A DNA stretch of 57,332 nt, taken from Microbotryum violaceum (taxonomy: Eukaryota). The stretch lies in NCBI GenBank assembly GCA_001244265.2, contig CDLV01000006.1:2852001-2909332 (forward strand), written 5' to 3'. This document shows positions 10,941-20,756 of the stretch, piece after piece. The position numbers and the translations under genes are program-made. Each line of letters opens with the position of its first letter. The stretch's first letter is position 1. The notes below the pieces were generated by a model. The model made no database searches, was not told the origin of the DNA, and saw only the letters and a list, made by a program, of their open reading frames with translations.

Positions 10941-13224
10941 CTAAAGACGAGCCTTGAAACGTTTCAGCTCGGCAGACAGTCGGTCGAGGCTGCAGTTGCC
11001 GCCAGGTCCCCATTGGCGCCGCATCCCAAGGTCTTGCTCGCGTAGGCGCACGGATGTAATATCGCCAGCGGGTCCTCGGAGGCAGCAATACCTGCTCATA
11101 ATCTCGAAAAGGCTTGGAAGATCGGCCCAGAAAGGTGGATACATGAGGTCGAAGGTAGCGTTGGCTAAGTTGTCGTAGTGCGAGCTTTTCGAGTAGATGG
11201 CGATCTGCGACTTTTCTTGATTCCACCTGGTCCACAGCTCGCAAGCTTCCACCGACATGTCCATCGAGCTGCTGGGTCCCCCGGGGCGCTTGCACACCAC
11301 GAACTGGTTGATGTTTGTCAAAGCCTCGACAAGATGCCAGATTTCATGGGGTACGATAGACTGTCGACCTCCTTCGTCCGGATACCCTCCCTTAGCCAGG
11401 AAAGCCAAGACGCCCTGCGTAGAGAGCCGGGCAGTCGTCAGTCACCTTGAACCGGCCCTGCTATACAGTCGAATACGTACTGCACTTTCCGCAAGTTCCG
11501 ACGCCGCAGACGCACTGCCTAGATCCACCATCCCGTCGAGGTCCACAAGGACACCTTGTCGGGCTCGATTAATCATGAGACTGCCATCGGAAAACTGACG
11601 AGGCAGGAGACCGTGCTCGCACAAGAATCGTAGTCCTAGGTTAACCCGCATCGGACTCCGCAGTCAGGACAAGACGCGCATTCCTCCAGTTCGACCGATC
11701 CAATTACTCACCTTCGACTATTCCCATGTTGAATTCGACCATTGCGGAGGTCGATTCGATTTCCAAAACGGTGCGGTACAGGCCTTCAAAGATTTCACAC
11801 TGCAGTGTGCGGGGGACAAAGTTCATGTCCCCACTGCGCCCGATCGGAGGGGGTACGTTCCAGAAGTTGTCGACGTCGACGAAGGCAATCTTGCGAATGG
11901 CAATGGACCTGACGTCGTCGGGGTTGCACACTGCAGTGTGAAATCTTTGAAGGCCTGTACCGCACCGTTTGGGGTTAAGTCGAACAAGGCCGTCGAGCCG
12001 CTGGGTGCGCTGGATTTCGTCTCGATCGGGGAACGCGATTCGCACCGTGTGCTGAGACAACGGGGTGGGTTGACGATCACTGACGAACGTCGGTTGGGTC
12101 GCTCGGCACAAATCGCTCATTTTTTGGTCAAGTTCGATGCGGTAGACTGAAGGGCGTGCCCCAAACATCGCTGGATGGATGAGTTGTTGGCACAAGAGCT
12201 TGATGCTCGGCGGTCGGGAGATCGGCGGGACCGGAGGGAACCCCTGGGGCGGGAGGCGGCCCATGTTGAGCTCGCAGGGGAACAGTGCGGCGTACGCGAT
12301 CGCTCCAAGGGTGTCAAGATCGTGTCGGAGAAAGCGCACGATCAGACGCTTGAGCGACGCTAGCCCAGACTCGCTCGCACAGTCGATGGGCTCCGAACGG
12401 ACCATGCCTGAGGGTGTGTGGATGTAAACCCGCAGCTTGCTGCCGCAAAGCGTGAAGGCAAAGACCCATTTCCGGATCGGCTTGGTGGACGTCGCTCGGT
12501 AGAACCTACGGTAGGCCTGGTCTCGCGCCTCTACCTTCTTCTCGGGATTGGACTTGAATTCGCCAAAGACGAGAACGTCGTCGACATTACGCTCATCGAT
12601 CAAGGTGGAGCCGGTCGTTAGAGCAAGCGCATCCCAGACCTTGTCGACTCTCTCCCATGACCGGACCTTGCCTGGCGTTGACGCGCCTGGGAAGAGCAGA
12701 ACCACGTCGGCGCAGTGATCTTTCGAGCGCACTTGCCCGGCCGAGGTGGTGACGATTGCGTTCGAGCTCCCACAGACGACCAAGCACCGATCGATCTCCG
12801 CCTGGGGTGTCAAGAGGTCACTTGTGAGCACTCATTCTTTGGGTTTCCACCAATGAAGGAGTCTACGACATACCTCCTCCTTGATTTGCTCGGTGATTCA
12901 TTTCACAAAGATGCCCATTCCCTTCTCCGTGCCCCAGTGCGCTCCTTCGACTTCCGTCGGCCAACGGATGGCCTCCACCTGGGGGTCAATAACCGAGTCG
13001 GCCTCCTCGAGGTATGCTTGGAGCGCCTTCGAGCTCTCCACCCTTCCTTGTACCTCTGTCTTGATCCTCTGGTCCGTCGCAGTTGCCAAATTTGTGGCCG
13101 TGTTGAGTGCTGCCATTTCGACAAGTTTTACTGGCACGACCGGCGGCAGGCGCGGCGGAGCAGGCTTGGTCCTTCGCTGCGGTGCCACTGGGAGGAGTTG
13201 AACGGAGGAGTTGGCGGGCCTCAT
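10941..13224 (-). pseudogene. FunK1-type REase + pseudokinase (gene B); four exons, one in-frame TGA
   Basis: HCADVVL..FGEFKS..RDQA (PD-ExK-like) and FAFTLCGSKLRVY. Kinase loop reads LLPRQFSDGSLM..VDLD, and subdomain IX reads WHLVEAL. Intron positions match gene A. TGA at 12898-12900 interrupts exon 1 (FVK*ITEQIKEE). Start codon uncertain. Confidence 0.8.
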
Positions 13225-14773
13225 TCAGATTTGAAGCCGGCCAAATTGACTCAGCAAACAAGTTGCACAACTTACTACGGGATCGATCAAGGCTTGAGTG
13301 ATCTTACTCGAGGACGACGACGTTCGCAGATACTCAATTCCTAGAGAGCAAGGTATTTCAGGGGCCAACGTTCGACGTCAGCTGTCTGGGTGCGAAGCTC
13401 CGCGCTTCAGCGGCGCAGGCCCCGAGCGCCGCGAATCGCAATCAGACGACGACTCACCAGCGGGATCGAGAATGATAGTTGCGGTGGGCAGGCGGAATAC
13501 ACCCTCAGAGAGTAGAACAAGCCAGAAGTCTGTAGTGCGTCGAAGCAGGGACGTTCTCGTCGTGATGTGGCAGAGGTGGAATGAACGGGAGGAGAGCAAA
13601 AGGCGAGTTTCAACCAACCCCACTTCACGCGCGCCGGGACGCGTAGCGGCGCGATCCGGCGGACCGAAATTGTAGGCAGTGCACGATCGAACAGCACCGC
13701 GAGGCTGTAGCATCGTAGCCTTGATGGACCGAGAAAAGATATAAGCCATTCAATCCACTCACAAAGTCCAATACGCTGCTCACTTCCGTGTCATTGGAAC
13801 AGACGGCGGAATGACACAGACTGGTCGGCCACCGCCGCCGCCAGATCATCGGGGAGCGGGCCAGCTCGTCTTCGAGATCCGGGCGGCGCTGCGTGCGAGC
13901 GTCCATTGCCGTCCAAGTCGACCGCACTGCACACGCCGCAAGCCGAGAGTGATGGGCAGCAGCAGCTCAAGGTTACTAACTTGGCAGTTGTTGCACGGTA
14001 TCGAACACTTGTCTCTCTGGTATCAGCCAGCCTGGCCCTGGCAGCCTCGTGCACGTCGCCTCTAGCTCGAGTCCGAGTCCGTGAGATGGCAGTGCTGCTG
14101 CTGCCCCTGCTGCTGCTCACCCGCGTTGATGCATTGTGACCGACGGCCTATAGGTGAGACCGATGTACGCTCTTCACAAAGATCTGAGCAAGTCTAAATG
14201 TTATTTGCAGTATACCTTCCAACGCTACTCTGTTTACACAATAATGTAGCACCCAGGTTCTGGTCCCACGACTGCACTCGACTCGCCGACTACTCAACGA
14301 TCGGAGTCGGCCTTGCGAAGTCCATCTCGTTGCTGTGGTGCCCCACACATAACGTCAGCATCAGTACACGGCACGTGATCGACCGAAAGCCTTTGACCTC
14401 TGTCACCCTTTGCTCACCAGAAGCAAGGTGGCTGTCATCAGGCTCAATTCAGAAAGAGGATACACTTCGGAGGCTTTACTGGGGAAACACATGCTGGAGC
14501 TGACACAAGGTTGCTCGCACGCACACGACGAGATCGTACAAGGCTTCATCAGAGCATGGTATTACGCGATCCCGAGACTTCATATCTGCTCAGATTCAAT
14601 TCGTCACATCAACCAATCCCTCCTTCGCCCGGTTTCTGTCGATCTCCATCCGCCGAAGCATCATCGTCCCTCCCTTGTATTCCAAAACACCGCCTCGTGT
14701 CGAAGCGGGCGGTATCGCCGCTGCCCTAGTCGCGCCTGTGTTCTCACGGGGGAGCAGATATCCCACAAATGAG

Positions 14774-16696
14774 TTAATTCCAAGGTGCCTCCGAAGCACC
14801 GGCAGCTCCTTGTCGATTCGGTGATGCTCCCGTTGCGGCTGTGCCTAGTTCTCCGCCTTGCCCTCCTCGGATTGCGCCCAGTCTTGCGGCAGCACCACCT
14901 CGCGCCCGCGATGTCGCCCTCAGAGCGAGCGTCGGTGTCGCAGGTGCGGCTGCTGGGGCAGGTGCAGGTGCAGGCGATGAAGGGGCAGAACCAAACGCGG
15001 CGGGAGTGGCGGTCGTATCAGGCAAAGGAACCCCCCCGTTCGCCTGGAGAAGTTCGTGCGCGACCTTTGAGCCAGACGTCGGACGCCTTGAGCTTGGTCT
15101 CGACCGCCTTCTTGAGCGCCGTCATCAGTGTGCCCTTTTTGATGCACTCTTCCTGGCATGTTGTTGCGCGTCTCCTGCAGCTGTGTCGCAACATGTGCAT
15201 CGTTCTCGGTCGCCTGCCTGGCAAGCGCTTCCGTCACCGCGGCTTGGATTGCTTGTTGTTGCGAAGCGAGTCGACCTGCTTCGAGCTCCTTGAGCTTGCC
15301 CACAAAGAGCGCATCGACATCGACCTTCGGTGCGAAAGCAGGTGCCGACGAAGTGGTAGCAGTGGCGGTAGCAGTCGCGATGGCGGCTTTAGTGGCGGCT
15401 TTCGCATCGGGTTGAGCTTGCGCACGTTCGGCTGAAAGACGCGTCGTGGTCTGCTGCTCTCAGATCTTTGCTTCCTCGTCGGTTCCAGTCTTGAGCTGCT
15501 CAAACTCGGCCTGTATTGCCGTCTCGGATGCCTCGAGCTGGGTCTTGACCTTGGCAAGCTGCTCCCCGAATCGCTTTTTCGCCCTGCATTGTCGACGGCG
15601 GTCAAAAGCGTTCCAGCAGCGGCGGCGGTAAATGTTGCAAGCGCTCGGGCGGCGACGAGTTCGCCGTGCAGAATTTCGAAAGCCTTGCTCAGCTCAACCG
15701 TAGTCGTCTCAATGGCGGTCGCAATCGCCGACTATCACTCCGCAGCAAGTCGAGCCTCCCTTGACCTCAGCGACCTGGGTTCGATCAACCTCATCGACGA
15801 CGGCAGCATCGCTAGGTCGAGGGCCAGCACCCGCGACGCACTCTTCGACGGCCTTGATAATCGTCTCCTGGTTGTCGGCTTCGAAAGTCTCCTCGACTTT
15901 GACGAGTTCGTCGGTGCGTGCCTGCAGGGCGGCAAGCTGCGCCTCGACCTGGGGCGCCTGTTGTCATTCAAGATCGGCTCCTCCCTTTCTTTGCAGTCCT
16001 GTTGATGCAAGTCCAATACCTGATCAGCAGATGCCGTGGGAATTGACTAAAAAAACACGCGGACGTTCAATAGGAAACTCACAGCGACCTGATCCTCCAA
16101 CATGTTCTTCTCCGCCTCGAGCGCAGTCAATCATTCGTCGGCTGACGTGCTGACGTCATTCTGGTGAGCTTCATGCATCGCGACCACCCGAACCTGGAAG
16201 GCCTTCGAGCGTTCCGACGTCCCGTTCGAGCTCTCGCGATGAACCTCGCCTTCGCCTCCGCGTCGGGCTGCATCGTCGCCTTATCCTGCTCGAGCTCCTG
16301 CAGCGGCCGCACAAGCGCCTCGACGTCGGCCTTGAGTTGTTAGACTTCGATCTTGAGTGTCAGCAGCGCTTCGGGGTCGATTCGCTTCATGAGCTCGGCG
16401 GAGTGCGTCGTCGAAGCCGATACGACCGGACCGGACCAGACTGGCGCTCCTCGGCGCACGCGGGGCGCAACCGCGTCGCTTTCGGTTTGCTTGCCGAGGT
16501 CGAGGTCGAGTCGGAAACCGACGATCTCCGTCTCGCGGGGCAAGAACGTGATGCCGCCGAATAGCTCGCCTGACGGGGATGCGGTCGTCGAGACGGCACC
16601 ATCAGTCGCGGCGTCGACCGCTTCGGTGGCGGCAGGGTCGGCATTGGGAGCGCCTATCGACGGCGACTCTTGCAGCAAAGCGGCCTGCACAGTCAT
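14774..16696 (-). pseudogene. Decayed Ala/Glu/Gln-rich coiled-coil protein gene
   Basis: Successive minus-strand coiled-coil-like ORFs (LLTLKIEV*QLKADVEALVRPLQELEQ; KLKELEAGRLASQQQAIQ) broken by stops and frameshifts. Confidence 0.45.
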
Positions 16697-16699
16697 TCA

Positions 16700-16931
16700 T
16701 TTCAGATACTGACGAGAAAGAGCGCTTCAACTCGCGAGGCCTTTGATCAAGTTTCAGCGTATAAGCCCCAGAGCGGGCAACGAGCACGCCGATGAGGCGG
16801 CCAAAGAGGCGACCAAAGCGACTGATGACGAGTGGATGAAGCGAGGCCTGGAGATCGAGCGACTCGACGCGATCCCAGTTATGGGGACGGCACTGCGTCA
16901 ACAAGGCAAAACGCGTGTCAGCCAGGTGTAG
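16700..16931 (+). pseudogene. RNase H fragment, probably from a non-LTR retrotransposon
   Basis: IKFQRISPRAGNEHADEAAKEAT matches the RNase H C-terminal GNExADxxAK motif. Confidence 0.5.
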
Positions 16932-17707
16932 GCGACGACTCTGCAACAAGGGCAAGACGGGCCCCACTTTCCCAAGCTCGACGACTCACCCGGGAGCTCG
17001 CCGCTTCAAGCTGCACCACAGGCAGCACCCCCGACGAACAGCCTCCTTCTTCGCTCAACTGCGTGCATGAAGATCGTCACCTGCGCACGACCTGTTTCGC
17101 CGCCGACCGACTCCATTCAACCAGCTGTTTTGCGAGCGGCGCGTCCAGCGCGGCGGAGACTCTGGAGCACGGTATCGAGCACTACCAGGGTCAGCATCGC
17201 GTTCTACCAAGAGGACAATGAGGAAGGACTTGCCTCCGGACGACGTTCGACTCTACGTCTCGAGCGTGGCGGCATCCCAACTCATGATCGCAGGCTTCTT
17301 CTCCTCGACAGGCGCATGCTCACGGTACGAGCTTCTATTGGTCCGGGAGACGAGCTCCGACAGAGCACCGAAATGAGAACGAGCCAGAAGATGCACGCAA
17401 CCTCTTCTGGTTACTGCAATGTTGGCAATCACCCGTGAGCCACGGCACGACGCTCTCGGGCCGACGCATTAGGAGGGTCGCGTCGACGGGTAGGGGAGGC
17501 CCCAGAAGGAGCCATCCGGATTGTTGAGAAAAGTAGAAAAAAGTTTGATCGAATCAAACAAGAGCTGTAGGATCGACGCCAGAGGCTGGTTGGCCGAAGC
17601 AAGAGAGAGCAACCGCCCTCCAGTGACCTCGACCAAGAGCGAGCGGAGGAGAGCCGGAGCCGCGAAAGCTGGGGGGGGGGGGCGGAACTGCAAGCGGCTC
17701 CAGTAGG

Positions 17708-18329
17708 CAGCATCTTAGCTGGTTCTCACTTTCTGCGTGTTTCAAGTCTCGTCTCTCGTCTCCAGTCTCCAGTCTCAGCGTTTCGTTCTCGTACTCGGTC
17801 TCTTTTCTCGGTTTGGGCCCTTTCCTTTCCCTGTCTCGCGGCCGTTCCGGTCGCTCTCTCGTTCTCGTCTCTCGTCTCCCTCCTCTTCGGTCTCGGTCCC
17901 ATCTTTTCCTTATCATTCCATATCATCTTTGATCGACCGCTTTGCTATACTATAGTTCTCATTAGACGATGCCGTTGCTGTTGATCCCGGCGCTTTTTTG
18001 GGCGAACCACCCGACATCGGCCGAAAGTCAAAGTACGACGTCTGTCCGACTTCCAACTGTACGTTCTTCCCTTCATTTGTCCTATGGTATAGCAAAGCGG
18101 TCGATCAAAGATGATATGGAATGATAAGGAAAAGATGGGACCGAGACCGAAGAGGAGGGAGACGAGAGACGAGAACGAGAGAGCGACCGGAACGGCCGCG
18201 AGACAGGGAAAGGAAAGGGCCCAAACCGAGAAAAGAGACCGAGTACGAGAACGAAACGCTGAGACTGGAGACTGGAGACGAGAGACGAGACTTGAAACAC
18301 GCAGAAAGTGAGAACCAGCTAAGATGCTG
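17708..18329. mobile_element. Foldback/MITE-like element: 248-bp inverted arms, 126-bp spacer
   Basis: 17708-17955 is the reverse complement of 18082-18329 (one mismatch seen). CAGCATC...GATGCTG ends. No clear TSD. Confidence 0.85.
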
Positions 18330-18411
18330 TATTGGATCCTAGAAGTGGTCTAGCTAAAAACAAGAAGCAAACTCCCCTCAAACGTTCCGACCATTCAAAC
18401 CGCTGCGCTCC

Positions 18412-18831
18412 TGTCATTCCCCTTCACCTCTCCATCCGCGCATCCGGCCCGGTCTTCCATTCAAATCCCGCCACATGATTCGTCGCTGACAGTCAAGTCT
18501 CGAGTCACCGAGTACTGAGTTTATCCGGGACCGCTTAATCGCTGAGAATTCTGCCGAAACCGGCGTCTTGACCCTTCCCGAACCGGTGGAACTTGCAACG
18601 ACCTCCGAACTCGGCCCTCGAAACGACTTCGGAACTCGACCCCGCTTCGATCGAAACGACTCCGCTACAACCACTGCTTCCGACGGGATCCCGAGTACCG
18701 CAGACCCCGCTAAAATGACGCGACCCCGCTACAAGCGAAATGACTCCTGACGTGGCCCGCTATGTCCGAAATGACTCCTGAACCCGGCCCGCTATGTCTG
18801 AAGTGACTTCGAAGGGATCCCGAGTACCACA
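18412..18831 (-). repeat. Right inverted repeat (may extend 15 bp further inward than the left copy, ending ...GAATGACA)
   Basis: Reverse complement of 4338-4700. Contains a second internal copy of the terminal motif at about 18682-18702. Confidence 0.9.
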
Positions 18832-18867
18832 GGACGACGAAAAGAAAGACGCGAAAGGGGAAAAGCT

Positions 18868-19023
18868 TGTTGGAATCAACGATGATCCCGAAATGATCAA
18901 CAAAAGAAGAAGAACGGCTGGACCAGGAGTCGAACCTGGGTCGCTTCCTTTAATCGGAAAAGCTTTGACCACTAAGCTATCCGGCCCCTGACATCAGTGC
19001 AAGGTCTACTAACACCTTCAACA
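18868..19023. mobile_element. Solo LTR (156 bp) carrying a tRNA-like cloverleaf
   Basis: TGTTGG...TCAACA ends with perfect 5-bp TSD AAGCT (18863-18867, 19024-19028). Same family as 4986-5147. Confidence 0.92.
18915..18986 (-). tRNA. tRNA-like gene inside the LTR, nominal anticodon TTA, non-canonical loop (probable pseudo-tRNA)
   Basis: GGCCGGA-TA-GCTT AGTGGTCA AAGC-T-TTTCC GATTAAA GGAAG-CGAC-CCAGG TTCGACT CCTGG-TCCAGCC-G. A box TAGCTTAGTGG and B box GGTTCGACTCC. One C-A mismatch in the acceptor stem, no U33. Confidence 0.7.
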
Positions 19024-19028
19024 AAGCT

Positions 19029-20255
19029 GTCGAATCTTCCCCCGATCCCGGCTTGGCGCGAAGAGGAAGAAGGCTCAACGGTCGATGCCGATCCCGCCGT
19101 ACCGAGAGAACGGATGTCCAAGTCCGAGATGAGAACACGACGCACGGAGTTGCTGTGGTCTCGGCCCGAGTCACTGGTCACATCTTGGGTCGTACCTCAT
19201 CTTGAAGGGAACGAACATGAGAGTACGATCATCGTTCTTTATGAGTGCTTGCGAAAGATGAAAGAAAGCGGAGCGGGGTGAAGCGATGCTGATGCCTCGA
19301 TGGTCCTGCGTGTTGAACAGGGGCTCAAACAACACTCGCGCGACATGAACATCCGAGAGCTATTGGGCGACCAATTCCCGACGACGAGATGGGTGATGCC
19401 GCAAGCACACAACCGACGTGTCACCGTCTTTGGACGACAACTAATCCCCGCTTGGTTCAACATCCGGGCCTTCCCTTTCAATTATGCGACTGATCAAGAT
19501 GACAAGGCGAAGTACGAGTCGGCACGGGAAGCCAATGCTGTTATTACGCACGAGCGGGTCGAGCTCATTCGCGCACTTCGTGCGCGAGGCGCACTCTCAT
19601 CGGAGGAATCTTCGTTGCTCGGCGCTAGGGGTCGTCGTTCGGCCGCGCAGATGCGCAAGCTCGTTTCAGGCGAATTTGGGACGCTCGCGGAGAAGGAGTG
19701 GGCGAACCAGAGGATCCTTCTTGGAGGGTTCTCGCAGGGAGGTGTGATGGCACTGTTGACGGGTCTCACAAACAGAGATCCGCTGGGTGGGGTGTTTGTG
19801 CTGAGTAGGTTCTTGCCGATGAGGGACATCTTGCCGCAGGTAAGTTCGAGTATCGAGCATCGAGAAGGATACCTCAGCTCGGTTTTGATGTCAAGAGGTG
19901 ATGTTTTATGTTCTTACTACAGTACACCAGAGATCTACACCAGAAGAACATGCCAATGTTTTGTCGTCAGCGCGGGTGACTCTTACATGCCGTGCGTCAC
20001 ACGGGGCACTCGACAAGCTCCTTTGACAGGGGCTTGAAAACTGACGTCACGTCGACGTCATAAATTAGATTCGAGGATGCGACTGCCTCGGTCGCTCTAC
20101 TACGAAGCAAAGAGCCGAAAGGCGCTGGTGAAGGTGGTGTGGGTTTGCACCATTTGCAGTGCTTGGCTTATCCGAATCTCTACCACGCCTGGTTCAGCGG
20201 CGAAGTGATCGATCTCGCGATTTGGATGAGCAAGGTGCTTCAGACTTACAAGTGA
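19029..20255 (+). pseudogene. Acyl-protein thioesterase / phospholipase-carboxylesterase-like gene, 5' part disrupted by insertions
   Basis: HESTIIVL..RWVMPQA..RVTVFG..IPAWFNI..RILLGGFSQGG (GxSxG). The first splice donor looks damaged. 3' boundary approximate. Confidence 0.75.
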
Positions 20256-20756
20256 GGTGTCTGAATCTAGGTCGTTTTTTGTGTGTGCTCAACATACTCG
20301 CTTTTATTGTCATGATACCCAAGTTTTCTGGTCGAGACATGCGATGTTGTGGCTTCTCTGAATTTCTCTGCCTCGTCGTCTCCGCTCGCCCCGCCCTGCC
20401 GGAGGCCGCTGGCTTCGTCCGGGTTGGATGTTGAGTGATCGGTCACCGCGTGCGAGAGGTTTCACTTTGCTCATTAGCGAGCGGCTTCCTTTCGGTCCCA
20501 CGAGCTATTCTACACCCCGTGCGTAACCTCGCTCATACCTACTACCTACGGTTTTCACAACACGAACGGACATCTCCACCGAAGAAAAACCTCATCCCCG
20601 CGTGAAAAGCCGTTCTTGAAGGGTGCTTCCTCGGCGTAAGTGGAGTCGAGTCGGGCTAGAGCCCACTATTGGAGCCGCGCTGCGTCGAACGGGATCGTCG
20701 TTGGTTGCACCACTTCACTGACGAAAGCTTCTCCTTGCATTTTATTGCAGACCGGA

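Larger units (their letters stand above)
4338..18831. mobile_element. Putative 14.5-kb inverted-repeat-bounded cargo element (TGT...ACA ends, 4-bp TSD GGAC)
   Basis: 4338-4700 is an inverted copy of 18427-18831. The terminal 18 bp TGTGGTACTCGGGATCCC are identical. GGAC at 4334-4337 and 18832-18835. Excision joins an open frame (..RSGD|DEKKDAKGEKL..). No transposase recognised inside. Confidence 0.6.

Noticed and set aside
17554..18342. Duplicated Arg/Glu-rich small ORFs
   Set aside because: They are by-products of the low-complexity foldback arms.
18412..18831. Independent solo LTR with its own TSD
   Set aside because: Its flanks (GCTCC / GGACG) do not match. The outer GGAC shared with the left repeat fits better. 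Kept only as an alternative.
4338..18831. Starship or DIRS element
   Set aside because: No tyrosine recombinase or RT was recognised inside, and long inverted repeats with a 4-bp TSD do not fit either class.
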